Shown: piece after piece, positions 1 through 13,088 of the stretch
Layout: each line of letters opens with the position of its first letter
Position numbering within the stretch: the first letter of the stretch is position 1
Assembly: GCA_964016885.1 (NCBI GenBank)
Contig: OZ024741.1
Location: forward strand, 91,512,001-91,576,000
Length of the DNA: 64,000 bases
Origin: Eledone cirrhosa
Taxonomy: Eukaryota
Direction of reading: 5' to 3'
The notes under the pieces: generated by a model
Told to the model about the DNA's origin: nothing
Seen by the model: only the letters and a program-made list of their open reading frames with translations
Database searches by the model: none
Program-made: the position numbers and the translations under genes

Positions 1-1129
1 ATCGGAATCAACCCCACCCCACCCTTAAGATCGTCAGCCGAACATCTTAACCACTAAACCACGTGCCTTCACACTCAGTGCTGTACTGATTATATTGATA
101 TTATACTGTAAATAAGTAAGCAGGATTGATCTCTTAAGCGATAGCAAGAAGAAGAAGAAGAACAAGAATCTATTAATAGCTTCAGCTCTTTTGTCTTTTG
201 ACACTGATTAAATAGACATTTTTAACAACTATTTTATTTCATTGAGGAGATCAAGAGAGAGAAAAAGAGAAGTAGCTTTATGGTGACTTCTGTAAAAACT
301 TGATTATTTTCCGTTTAATTAGTGTAAGTGAATGTTACTGTGTACAACCAGCTAGGCTGGTTGGTTTAAAGGAGATCAAAAGATTCTTCTCCTTTATCAG
401 ATCACTGCTGTCATACAAAAATAAGTAAAGCTTCAAGTTAAAATAAATACGTTTTACCTTACATCAAATCAGCTTTTATGTATATATTATCTTTTACATC
501 TAACTTTATGCTATTTAAACTCTACGTACAGCATGCATTTATTTTTAAATTAGTTTACTGACTTTGGTCATTGAACTGCCGTCATGCTGGTTAGATCGAT
601 CATACCGACAAGTGGCTCTCGACATTTTCACTATCAAGTACTTCCTTTATTTAAATTTTCCATGGACTCTCCGCGACAATCCGACCCCTTACAAATAGTG
701 ATTGCAGTAATAATTACAATCAAAAGAGAGAAATTTTTATGCTTAGAAAATAATGGATACCCAATAGCATGTACATATATCTAAGAGAAAGTACTTTAAA
801 TTTTCGATTTATATCTCGGAACCTGAGTACTTCGCGAGTCTAAAAAAGGACCAAATTGGTGACTGGCCCAAATAAGACCACCAAAAAACTGCAATATGTT
901 TATACACGATAAAAGCATTCATACCGCATCGTCCTTTGCGCATGGTAATAAGGGGAATATTTAGGCTTTAGGTACAAGGATCTGTTTGAAAAATATATCG
1001 CAATCTTCATCCTACGCTGTGAGAACTGGCGATGGGGCGATGACCTGTCCTGCGAAGCGTGGGATGGACGCACAAAGGTTCCATATCTCTAAACATCAAA
1101 GAAGGTCCAGAAGGGAGCAAACCATAACA

Positions 1130-2400
1130 ATTGCCAACTAAAAGATTACAACGCTTACAAGTAAGACCTAGTGGAGGAGGCCAGCTGTTACCGGCTAGAT
1201 GTAGTCAGGGTTTTCTCAACAAAGTTCCATGGCTTCAGTAGATTTGGATGGATGTAAACTCCACCATTCAGGTGTAGCCCCAGAAAAGACTGCACAAGCA
1301 AGAGTGTGGATGCTCATAAGACACTGGCTGTCAGAATGTGTTATGGACTGGATCCTATTAGGAGGGAAGTTTGCCACTTGAATCTTAGGTTGAAAGAAAA
1401 ATTTCTATGTGTGGTGCAAATTTATGGGCCAAACAGAGTCTGAATACAAATCCTCCAGTGAAGTCAATGCAGCGTTAGATGTAGATCCTTATACACTTCA
1501 ATGCACATGTTGGCACTAACTGATATGGAAAGGAGTGATTGAAAGAAAAGGCGATTCATATCTGAATACGAATGAAGACGCTTTAGACTTGTGTTCTAGT
1601 AATGGGCTCCCTATTATGAACACATTTTTCCAGCACAAAGTTTATGAGAAATCGAGAATAAATATCAATAATTGATTTTGTTGTCTTTGATCTCATCGAT
1701 TCTGTACTGGATGTTCGTGTTAAGAGAGGGACTGAGCTGTCAGGCTGATAATGTTGCTGCCGAGTGCTGCACGGCAGGAATGAAAATCAGTTTTGCGAAG
1801 ACTCAGGCATTCATCTTCGCAAAGAACTTTACATGTAAGTGGAGTTCTATTGAAGCAGGCGAAGTTCAAGTATCTCGGGGGTGTGTTCACGAGTGATGGA
1901 AGGCAGGAGGCTGAATTGGGTGCAAGAAATGCAAGAGCTGATGCATTAATGCACTAGCTTCAGGATCTGGTAATCAGAAGAAAGAAGGTAGGTGTAAAAG
2001 CTATTTTCAATTCGGTTTTTGTGCCAACTTTACATCTGGTCATCAATCTTAAGTAATGACCGAAGAAATACGATCGCGAATACAAGCGACCGAAATGGGG
2101 TTCCTCTTAAGGGTCTTTGGAGAAACGTTTCTCGATAGACTGCATATCTTGGAGATCTTTGATATGTGATTAGAATGTTTCAGGAAAGTATTACTAGATA
2201 TATTTTACTGACAAAGCCATCCAACAGGTGTAGACCCCAATCAAGATGGCTGGATAATAGCTATGAGATCGGCTTGACTTGCTTGAAGATCCAGCCGGAT
2301 CAATTGGAGACAGTTGTTCTTGACAGGACCCACTGGAAGGCAGGCTTGATGACTACCTACACGACTCGCCCAGGAATAAGTGATGGAAAAATAAGAAAAG
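1130..2400 (+). pseudogene. Old, internally deleted RTE-clade (Rex3/Expander-like) LINE remnant: APE endonuclease fragments then RT C-terminus
   Basis: Frameshifted peptides KLHHSGVAPEKTAQA, VQIYGPN and IMNTFFQHK (APE-like), then FKYLGGVFTSDGRQEAE, VMTEEIRSRIQATEMGFL and RPQSRWLD; RT core is missing. Confidence 0.7.
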
Positions 2401-2914
2401 AATAAGGACTTGCAATACTACTGTTGAGGGCTCCAGGTTGCGAACCACTTATATTGAACCCCAGTGCGTGTGTCAGTTTGTTAATTTATCAATCCATTTG
2501 ACAATCCCCACGTCTTAATCAACAGTGACACGATATAATCAGTTTTTAGACAGGTGTAAACATAAATACTGACATTGGAAATACGCATACACATACGAAA
2601 ATACATACACATATACATGCATACACATTATATATATAAGATGGCCTTCGACACACTATAGAAGTGTGACCATCATTTGTTCTTCCCTGTAAAGATGCAA
2701 CGTCTCCTATTATAGTCTCTTACGCTGACGATGACATGTACCAACATGGAAAAACTACAACTTCAGTTCACCCCACCTCACCCTCCAACACGCACAGATA
2801 AATATTTATTTCAGTGAGAATTTTATTCTTTCTCACTATTAAGAGGATCGTGATTGCCGCTATTCTCATAACTGATTTCTGATATTTCAGAAAAAGTATG
2901 TATAAGAAAAAAAA

Positions 2915-2915
<1 letters not shown>

Positions 2916-3006
<91 letters not shown>
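2916..3006. repeat. (CA)n microsatellite
   Basis: Direct reading. Confidence 0.98.
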
Positions 3007-3008
<2 letters not shown>

Positions 3009-3557
3009 CCTTGTTTATCGAACAGCTATCCGTCATATCTGATAGATATATAGATCGAAAGACGGGTAAATGCTTAAACAAATAATTATATAGGCACATG
3101 CGTGTTATGTAAGTCTATACATGCGTGTTTCTATATTCTTATACACGTTCTGTGTGTGTATATAACTATATATTCACATGTATATGTATGTATGTTTGTT
3201 TATATATATTTATGTATGAGTGTACATCATATGTGAGTGCATATGCATGAGTAGCTGAAGAGACAAACAAGTGGATATACAAGTAAATGATAAACAGACA
3301 GAGAGAAACCGAGACAAATATGAAGGTAGATATAGATATATCAATAGATGGATATAAAGATTAGAATAAGATAAAAATCTATTGATTTAAAGAGATATTT
3401 GAAAAGCAAACACATATATATATTGACAGATAAGGAAAATGAGTACGCTGAAAGTTTTGTCTGAATAACAGGAAGCAGACTATTTTAATTTACAGTAGTA
3501 CCTCCCTAAAATAAATAAAACTATGATTGCTTGTATGAATATATATGTATGTATGTT

Positions 3558-3700
3558 GTGATGGCTCGTGGCTTAGTGGTTAAGATGTTCAGATTACGAT
3601 CGTAATGGTATGTGTTCAATTCCCGTTAGTGTGTTACCTTGATAAAAAAAAAGTTGCTTGGTTTACTATACATGTTGTCCAATGCAGCTCAAGCAGACAA
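3558..3700 (+). mobile_element. tRNA-derived SINE (degenerate)
   Basis: A-box-like TGGCTTAGTGG and B-box-like GTTCAATTCC; the same head occurs on the minus strand at 1-72, 43480-43533 and 61915-61980. Confidence 0.6.
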
Positions 3701-6279
3701 ATGGTAGACAGTAAGGACTTAACTGATATATTAAACTGTGCAAGTAACAGATCTAGCACTTTCAGTGCATTAACTATGTTTCCCACTTCTAAATCTAGTA
3801 TTTCAACACAATATCACAACCCCCAGCTGCAGATAACCCCTTTTTCTACTGATGTTTACAGGCTACAGACAATATGACGAACACTTCAAGAAAGTCGAAT
3901 GTGCTATTAATCATTTGCCGAAAAAGTAGTTAGACATCTAACAGCAGAGAAACTCAATGTACATATATTATTATGTACGAAATACAATTAAATGTGCTTT
4001 CTACTTCCTTGACCAGATGTTATAAAGCGAAGGCTGATACTACGATCAGGTATCAGTCAATAATATTGACTAAACGATACTTTATATTGACAAGCATGTT
4101 TGAGTTAGATGTGTTAAATTTCTATTTAATGCATATCAGAAAGCAAAGTTGGCTGAATGGTTAAGAAGTTCGCTTTGCAATCATGAGCACTCGGGTTCGA
4201 GCCCACTGCATGGTATCTTTCCATAGCCTATTAGACGGTTTCTTCGTTGTTAATGACCGCAATCCTAATATATAACCATTTTCCAAGAGATAGGAGAAAG
4301 GGTTTGAACTCAGAAAACACAGAGCTGTGACATATATGAAACCATCCAGTCCCATGCTCTAATAATTTCTCCAGTCTACCGCCCTGGATTGATGTTTTAT
4401 CTATCGATCATGACATGATGAAAGGCAAAGTTGATATACACAGAATTTGAGCTTACAACAGTGACAGCCTGAAGAATAAGGTATGTAGTTGGACGCTCTA
4501 ACAGTTCCGTCACAATCAAAGACCACCTCCAAAGAAATACCGAGTTATTCCTCCTCTGTGGACTGCTAAGGTCACTAAATCTGAACCATATATATATATA
4601 AACTGTGCGTCCCAACGCAAATGACATTAATGAAAATCGAACACTCTAAATAACAGTAGAGAGAATCGGATAACATACTGCTTGAGATGGAAGAAGGGAG
4701 AAGAGGTCGCTGCGAGGAATCGACCCCTCTCTTGGTTATCGGGTGAACATTTTCCAAATGCTTCTAAAGATAACGGATTTATTTACACTTATAGCTACAT
4801 GTTTAAAAATCTAAAATAACAACGGCATTGATGACCAACTGCTATTTATCGCAGAGGTTAATGCGTTCCCATCCAGTATCCGAAAGATGTGGGTTCGATT
4901 CCTCGCAAGCACCTCTGTCCAATTTTTCTGCCCACAGGAGCACCTTACCCGATTTTCCCTATTATTTATAGTGATTGACCATTATTACGTCCATTTGCGA
5001 TGAAGCGCGCACATATTTTTTCAATGCTTGTTAAGTCAACCTCTTTGTTTACAACGCGTGCGCGCGCACACGCACACACCTGTATTGACAGAATAGTTAA
5101 ATTGTCGAATAATGCCTTGCATTATTTGTTCTGGCTCTTTACAGTCTGCGTTCAAAACCCCTTAGATCAACTTTGTCGGGCATCCTCCCGGGGTCGACAA
5201 CATAAAATACCGTTCATATACTGAGGTAAATTTAATCGGCTTTCCCCTCCCTTAAAATTAGCCTTGTGCCTAAATTAAACAAATTTTTCAATTATTATAT
5301 ATATTTTGTTCAAATGAAAGACAGTGTTATCCAATTCCTTCTGACAATTATACTTTAATATTATAATGTAGGCTATAGAAAGCATTTATACAGACAAAAG
5401 ATAGATAGATACATATTTAGAAATAGTCATTGTAATTATTAAAGAAGATAAGGTAGAACATTCTTGTTATTGATTTAAATAAATGCAAAATGAAATATGG
5501 CGAAGTTCGGAGACACACGAGGGAGAATGGCTTCTTGTAATCAATAAATGAAAATAATGTCTTACTCTAAACCCCGTCATTTATGACGGCCACTATGCGA
5601 GAGTGCACACGCACATACACACATACGTGTGTATGTGCGTGTGTGCATTAGGAGCAATACTTAATATGATATTCAGCTTTCTCTGCAATATGTGATCGAA
5701 AACAAGGAAAGGTAAAAAATATATATGGCGACGAAAAACAGAAATGTAGAACAGCTAAATTAGGCCAGGACATATTTCTCCAATCAACATTCAATATCGA
5801 TTATATCCCCCACCACAAACTGCATTGTGTTGGTTGTGTGTGTGTGTGTGTGGGGGGGGGGTGATAGAATACGTATGTATTTATGTATAAGTGTATGTGT
5901 ATGTATAAAATATGCGTGTGTTGTGTCGTGTTCTGTCTTCTCATAAAGCGATGACATGTTGTTAAAAAAATGTTCGTCTCTTTTCACTTCATATTTAATT
6001 AATCAATTCTCATTATTGTTGGTGTTATTGTATTTGTGGAGGTCTCTGTCAATTTGTCTATTCGTGAAAACAAGAGGAACAAATATTGATTTATGTCACT
6101 GGCGCAATGCCAGTCATTTTGACGCTGGGGAAGTCCAGTAGTTGCGGCGGTGGGAAGGGGTCTGGCCATATTATCAATGTAATATACACCAACACTTAAC
6201 TAAAAGTAATATAAATATGTTATATATGTAGAAATGAAGAAGTATAGGTGATATAATTCGCCTAATTATATTACTGGTA

Positions 6280-6472
6280 TTAACATTTTTAATATCAACT
6301 TGTCCGAAACCGCCCCTGGATCTATGGAATATCAGAACCCATTATGAAGTTTTGCTACAAATATCATTAATAATTAAACATTAAATAATTTTAGTAAACC
6401 CCTCCATATTCCCCCATTAATTAAACGAAATGCGGTGTATGTCATTAGAAATGTGGTCACGAAAGTATTAAG
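6280..6472. mobile_element. Possible TTAA-ended (piggyBac-like) MITE remnant
   Basis: TTAA at both ends; internal similarity to ~43835-44020 (shared AAATAATTTTAGTAAA block). Confidence 0.35.
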
Positions 6473-7396
6473 CTATGGAACATGAAGGGTGAGAATGGCG
6501 CATTGCTAGGCATTTTAGGGCTGGAGTAGTTTGCTGCTTGGCTGAATGGGTGGTATTTTGTTCCATATAGTAAATAATTTATACACCAATACACATTTGT
6601 TATATATGTAGAAGTGAAAATGTATAAGTTGATGATAATATACCTGAGGATATTAATCGTGTTCTGCTATAGAGTATCATGAAAGGAGAGAATGGATTTT
6701 TAAAGACTGAAACAGCAGTTGCTTCAAATTTGAATTTCAGTGAAACTTTGCCTTCAAATGAGGAATTGCAAACCCCTAATCTAGAACCTGGTCTGTGCAG
6801 GATTGGAAAGGGGCAGATGGATCAACTGGCATAGTTCTACAATGTTGAGGATCCTACTCCGTACTAGTTCTATTTATTTTATTGTTCTATTATGAATGCA
6901 TCATATGTACCCGTAGACCATACATGTATCATATGTATTTCGTAATGATTACTACAATACTTAATGAACAGTGTGAAATAGGGCATACATTCTCCGCCTG
7001 ATTTGGGTCTATTACTAACAGTGTGGAGGGATGGCAACTGTATTTCACATCTGAATTGTACCTATTGCAAGCTTAGCAAGGGTCTATCTAAAGTCACAAA
7101 ACAGTGGACAGAATGGACCTTGTAGGGTCAGGGTGACATCATAGTGAGCTCCTCAATGCTTAGCTTTATTACTTCAATAAATAAATTTTATAGCAGACAA
7201 TTATTAGAAGTTAAAGTATGTGTAGGAAGGCTATCTTTACGGCCTTAACAACTTTCACACTGTAAACATATTTGATAACAATCAGTGTTGAAACTGTTTA
7301 GAAATGAAAAAAAACTTCGATTACAATCTCTCTCTCTCTCACATATATATGTATAATAAAATATATAGAGATGATTTAAAGTAACTATCTTTTGTT

Positions 7397-7527
<131 letters not shown>

Positions 7528-8632
7528 TCTATGTTTATTGTCAGTCTCATTACAGTCATGACATTACTTCGTTGCTGTGATTAAACAATGTTGTTTATTT
7601 CTTTTGACTGATCGGTCACCAAACCCCGTTGCCATAGTGATTTCTCCCAATTTCCCCTGCGTACTTCTCCCATTTCTAGGTCATTCCTTCTGTCCTTCAT
7701 CAAAACCTTTCTTCCATTACATATCTCCAGACAGAATTAAGAGTACAATATTGAACTAAGTTGCAGATAATACAACTGTTCAATCTCACAATGATTTCTA
7801 ATTTTGGTGTAGGCCACATATTTCATGAGAAGATAGATTCAATTAAAAAGACAACTCGGTACTTCACCATGAATGCGCATAACTTAGTGGTTAGCTCGTG
7901 GGTTCAGTACTTGGACCTGGCGGCTCGTTGAATTCTTGACCAAGACGTTTCATTTTACGTTATATTTCATAAGGCTGGGGCTCTATCATTAAAACACTCA
8001 AGAAAGGTGCTAGGAGATACAATCTCGTAAGAGACAAGCTACATAGTTGTTAGCTGTATATTTTCTTTTATTTTTTCATTGTATTTTGTACTAGATAGAG
8101 TTATGACTTAATGGTTAAGATGTTCGCTACGTAATCATGAAATCTCGGATCGATCCTACAACGCAGCATCTTTGGCAATTGTCTTTACCATAGCTTCGCA
8201 TCGAAGTAATTCAATACTCAAGCCTTAGCAGATACTGTGTCACTGATTCGGTTTGGGAGTACTCAGCTACGAACACGTTAAATGATGAGTTAGATGTTCA
8301 GTTGATCGAACACCCTAAACACTAAGCCTCCGTTTCACTTCCAATCGTATTATCTCTTTCCAAATATTACTCTCCAGTTCCTGGTGTATTTGGGGATTGT
8401 TTACGTAAATCCGAGTTGTTAGAGAGTTAGATTAGATGCGTCAGTTTTGTTCCGTTTCTCTGCATTTCGTGGTCAAATACCATTGACGCCAACATTGCAG
8501 TTCACCCTTTCGGGGTTGACAAACAAAGTAACAGTTCAGCGGCAATGGATTGGCAGTATTGTTAAATAGTTGGACAGGACGCTTTGCAATATCTAGTCTG
8601 GTCCAACGTTGTGCATTTTGAGTTCAAACAAC

Positions 8633-8951
8633 ACCTTCTTCCCTCAAGATACCGACAGGTAGTGTTAGCAATTGGAAACTAATGGAAACATGGTTTCCTT
8701 GGTTTGATTTAAAGATCGAGTCATTTACTTTTTTCATTTTTAAAGAATCCGCATGGTTTCAGCTTTGATTTATATGTTTATTTTTAAATGAAACCGTGTG
8801 AGAATATATTGAAACTAAAACAATTAAAACATGGAAGATTCATTAGTAATGGAAAGACCTATGAAACAGTTTCCTTGGTCTGAACTGGAGATTAGCTGGT
8901 TTCCGTTTTCGCGTAAATACATTCAATAAGATGACGTTAAGGGGAGAAGGT
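8633..8951. mobile_element. Candidate MITE with ~15-bp terminal inverted repeats
   Basis: ACCTTCTTCCCTCAA at 8633 vs reverse complement of TTAAGGGGAGAAGGT ending 8951 (13/15 match); internal ATGGAAA/GGTTTC sub-repeats. Confidence 0.45.
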
Positions 8952-9231
8952 AGCGGTCAAATGTAAACCCGAAGGTGACGTTCACTCAACATTTCTATAA
9001 AATTGTTGCCCTAAAATTAACATTAACGCAGTTTTGCAAGAATTACTTGTATTCTTAAACCCTATCTTTTCTATCATGTTAACAACTACTAGTACTACCA
9101 CCACTACGACTACATACACACAAACACATACGAGATTATAAGAATTACACACGAATGCAACTGGTAAATATTAAATATGGAACGTGTATATTGCAGGTAA
9201 TGGTATTAGAAGATTTGATATTTGTTCCGTA

Positions 9232-9395
9232 ATGGCAATGTGGTTAAGGAGTCGCTTCGCAATCATATGGTTCCGGGTTTAGTTCCACAGCGCGACATTT
9301 TGACACAAGTGTCTACTGTAGCCTCGATTCAACTAATGTATTGTAAGAGAAATTCAGTAGGCGGAAACACAGGAAGCTGTCACGCGCGTGCGCGC
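9232..9395 (+). mobile_element. tRNA-derived SINE ending in (CA)n
   Basis: TGGCAATGTGGTTAAGGAGTCGCTTCGCAATCATATGGTTCCGGGTTTAGTTCCACAGCG head; related copy at ~4149-4225. Confidence 0.65.
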
Positions 9396-9453
9396 ACACA
9401 GACACAGACACAGACACACACACACACACACAATATATATATATATATATATG

Positions 9454-9915
9454 AAATAAAGTGATTAAGTCAAATATTTAAAATTTGGCTTCGTTTATTA
9501 AAGATGTACTGCTATATATTTTTCGGTGACAGTCATCATTGGCTGTGACCTCTTCAGGCAGTCCGAATTGGTGTGGTAGAGACAGGTACACATGTTGTTA
9601 AAGTGTTTTACTCCGTCAATACACCGATATGTCCAGCTCCTGGTTGGGTTGTTATTTCTCTGAGGAACTGGAATCAACAACATGTGTACCTGTCTCTACC
9701 ACACCAATTCGGACTGCCTGAAGAGGTCACAGCCAATGATGACTGTCACCGAAATGTATATAGCAGTACATCTTTAATAAACGAAGCCAAATTTTAAATA
9801 TTTGACTTAATCACTTTATTTTACATTACTCCGGAGTAACCAAACCAACCTGCGTACTTCGTCAAGTGCTCCAATCTGCATACTGAGGTGTCGGTAAACA
9901 ACCAATATATACTCA

Positions 9916-9917
<2 letters not shown>
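9454..9917 (+). mobile_element. Penelope-like pLTR fragment with inverted 5' copy (146-bp arms 9454-9599 / 9676-9821), between (TA)n tracts
   Basis: Near-perfect inverted repeat containing an HHR motif; 3' tail runs into (TA)n; typical PLE inverted-pLTR architecture. Confidence 0.7.
9713..9767 (+). ncRNA. Minimal type I hammerhead ribozyme motif (mirror copy on - strand in left arm)
   Basis: ACTGC-CTGAAGA-GGTCACAG..CTGTCACC-GAAA-TGTATA-TA/GCAGT; helix I ACTGC/GCAGT. Confidence 0.75.
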
Positions 9918-9951
<34 letters not shown>

Positions 9952-9958
<7 letters not shown>

Positions 9959-10369
9959 TTCAAAATATTAACAAAATAGATATTCTTGTGATCAAGTATA
10001 TTTTATTATACATATTTCAGAGGTACTGAGTTAAGTTCAACAGTACGTCCTCATCAGATAAAATAAGATGATGCATGACATACCCTGACATAGTAGATGG
10101 TTAAGATTTAGTCATGACGGAATCTTAACCATCTACTATGTCAGGGTATGTCATGCATCATCTTATTTTATCTGATGAGGACGTACTGTAGAACTTAACT
10201 CAGTACCTCTGAAATATGTATAATAAAATATACTTGATCACAAGAATATCTATTTTGTTAATATTTTGAATTAATATTAATAACTCTGGAAAACCCAAAT
10301 TCTGTTGAGTGCTTCCAATCTATTGTAAAACTCATTCTTTGATTTATTCATTGAACCTTGTTTAACTTT
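9952..10369 (+). mobile_element. Second PLE-like pLTR fragment with inverted copy (157-bp arms 9952-10108 / 10121-10277)
   Basis: Near-perfect inverted repeat with 12-nt spacer, HHR inside, flanked by (TA)n and (A)n(AG)n. Confidence 0.7.
10164..10230 (+). ncRNA. Minimal type I hammerhead motif (mirror copy on - strand)
   Basis: TATTTTAT-CTGATGA-GGACGTACTG..CAGTACCTCT-GAAA-TATGTA-TA/ATAAAATA; 8-bp helix I. Confidence 0.72.
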
Positions 10370-10380
10370 AAAAAAAAAAA

Positions 10381-10568
<188 letters not shown>

Positions 10569-10655
10569 CTTGCGCGCGCGCGACAGCTTCCTGTGTTTCC
10601 GCCTACTGAATTTCTTTTACAATACATTGGTTGAATCGAGGCTACAGTAGACATC

Positions 10656-10706
10656 AGATTCCTGATGATTTCTAAAGAATGAAACAGTTCTAGTCCTGTA
10701 GAATCT
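10656..10706 (+). ncRNA. Type I hammerhead motif in a third PLE-like tail (10655-10793)
   Basis: AGATTC-CTGATGA-TTTCtaaaGAAT-GAAA-CAG..CTG-TA/GAATCT; GUA cleavage triplet. Confidence 0.75.
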
Positions 10707-10902
10707 CATCTATATTAAAACTTTTATACTCTGCTATGTATTGAGTACCTTACTTACTGTGGTTACCTCCGATTCAACCCGGAATAACTTACCTATATAT
10801 ATATATATATATATACATACATATATATATATATATACATACATATATACATACATATATACATATATACATACATGCATATACATACATACATACATAT
10901 AC

Positions 10903-11495
10903 ATGGTGGCTGCCAACTCGTTTTCGAGTACGGCCACTACTTTATATCCATGTAAGAGAACTCCTACCGATGCGCTGAACGAGTGACTTTTTAGTCCAGC
11001 CAGTGACTTGAAAACTCTAGTACAGACACTACACCTGTGACAACCATTGACACATAGTGCTGGGCCCATGGTACCATGTGACGACAAGTGCAGAGAGATC
11101 TCCAGATACAAAGCAATGCCTGTGCCGTGAAACTTTTATAGTGAGCAAAGGCACTGCACAAAGCCAGTCCCACTCTCTCAACCAAGATGACATTTACCAA
11201 AAAGAAGAACAAGTCAACATCATTGGATACCATCAGAGTTGCAGGTGTTATATCAGAGTTTTCCTTCTCCTAGAATTCTGCCTTGACAAAGGCTAAGGGG
11301 TCATCTCTCCCGGTGATTTTGGATGGCCATTGACTCTTAAGAGCTCCTTTGCCCTTTGACAGGTTTTGTTTTTAGTCCTGCAGGATGTCCAAAGTCACCC
11401 TCCTCACCAAGAAACATTGGTGGGGTTGCCAGTTTAGTCGCCAACGACCCGACCATGAAACAGGTTGTACTGGGATACATGTTACAAGTAGCACC
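10903..11495 (-). mobile_element. Non-autonomous bipartite RTE derivative, copy 1
   Basis: RTE 5'UTR-like motif CTAGGAGAAGGAAAACTCTGA fused to a remnant C2H2 finger [17 protein letters not shown]; 3' end resembles the RTE at 53234; (GTAT)n tail. Confidence 0.8.
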
Positions 11496-11725
11496 ATATA
11501 CATACATATACATACATATACATACATACATACATATATACATACATATATACATACATATATACATATATACATACATATATACATATATACATATATA
11601 CATACATATATACATATATACATACATATATACATATATACATACATATATACATATATACATACATATATACATATATACATACATATATACATATATA
11701 CATACATATATACATACATACATAT

Positions 11726-12320
11726 ATGGTGGCTGCCAACTCGTTTTCGAGTATGGCCACTACTTTATATCCATGTAGGAGAACCCCTACCGATGCGCTG
11801 AACGAGTGTGACTTTTTAGTCCAGCCAGCGACTTGAAAACTCTGGTACAAACACTATACTTGTGACAATTATTGACACTTAGTGCTGGGCCCATGGTATC
11901 ATGTGACGACAAATGCAGGGAGATCTCCAGATATAAAGCAATTCCTGTGCCGTGAAGCTTTTATAGTGAGCAAAGGCACTGCACAAAGCCAGTCCCACTC
12001 TCTTAACCAAGATGATATTTACCAAAAAGAAGAACAAGTCAACATCATTGGATACCATCAGAGTTGCAGGTGTTATATCAGAGTTTTCCTTCTCCTAGAA
12101 TTCTGCCTTGACAAAGGCTAAGGGGTCATCTCTCCCGGTGATTTTGGATGGCCATTGACTCTTAAGAGCTCCTTTGCCCTTTGACAGGTTTTGTTTTTAG
12201 TCCTGCAGGATGTCCAAAGTCACCCTCCTCACCAAGAAACATTGGTGGGGTTGCCAGTTTAGTCGCCAACGACCCGACCATGAAACAGGTTGTACTGGGA
12301 TACATGTTACAAGTAGCACC
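11726..12320 (-). mobile_element. Non-autonomous RTE derivative, copy 2
   Basis: Near-identical to copy 1, separated from it by a CATA/TA array. Confidence 0.8.
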
Positions 12321-12578
12321 ATATACATACATATACATACATATACATACATACATACATATATACATACATATATACATACATATATACATATATACAT
12401 ACATATATACATATATACATATATACATACATATATACATATATACATACATATATACATATATACATACATATATACATATATACATACATATATACAT
12501 ATATACATACATATATACATATATACATACATATATACATATATACATACATATATACATATATACATACATACATAT

Positions 12579-12989
12579 ATGGTGGCTGCCAACTCGTTTT
12601 CGAGTATGGCCACTACTTTATATCCATGTAGGAGAACCCCTACCGATGCGCTGAACGAGTGTGACTTTTTAGTCCAGCCAGCGACTTGAAAACTCTGGTA
12701 CAAACACTATACTTGTGACAATTATTGACACTTAGTGCTGGGCCCATGGTATCATGTGACGACAAATGCAGGGAGATCTCCAGATATAAAGCAATTCCTG
12801 TGCCGTGAAGCTTTTATAGTGAGCAAAGGCACTGCACAAAGCCAGTCCCACTCTCTTAACCAAGATGATATTTACCAAAAAGAAGAACAAGTCAACATCA
12901 TTGGATACCATCAGAGTTGCAGGTGTTATATCAGAGTTTTCCTTCTCCTAGAATTCTGCCTTGACAAAGGCTAAGGGGTCATCTCTCCC
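12579..12989 (-). mobile_element. Non-autonomous RTE derivative, copy 3 (5'-truncated)
   Basis: Appears identical to the corresponding part of copy 2. Confidence 0.8.
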
Positions 12990-13088
12990 ATACATATATA
13001 CATACATATATACATACATATATACATACATACATACATATATACATACATATATACATACATACATATATACATACATACATACATA

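Noticed and set aside
2720-2770. CTGACGA..CATGT/ACATG..GAAA hammerhead-like string
   Set aside because: No helix I pairing or clear NUH site
4850-4915. tRNA-like sequence (also ~58245-58290 and ~58485-58555)
   Set aside because: Only degenerate A/B boxes with no cloverleaf; SINE heads rather than tRNA genes
6679-6834. Short ATG-initiated ORF in unique-looking DNA
   Set aside because: About 51 aa with no recognisable homology or splice evidence; cannot be called an exon
11057-11296. Repeated 75-79-aa ORF in the short element (also 11882, 12735, 49217)
   Set aside because: Antisense to the element, non-ATG start, no domain; it recurs only because the element is repeated
10794-13088. CRISPR-like repeat/spacer appearance
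   Set aside because: Units are ~590-bp retroelements separated by microsatellites; eukaryotic context, no cas genes
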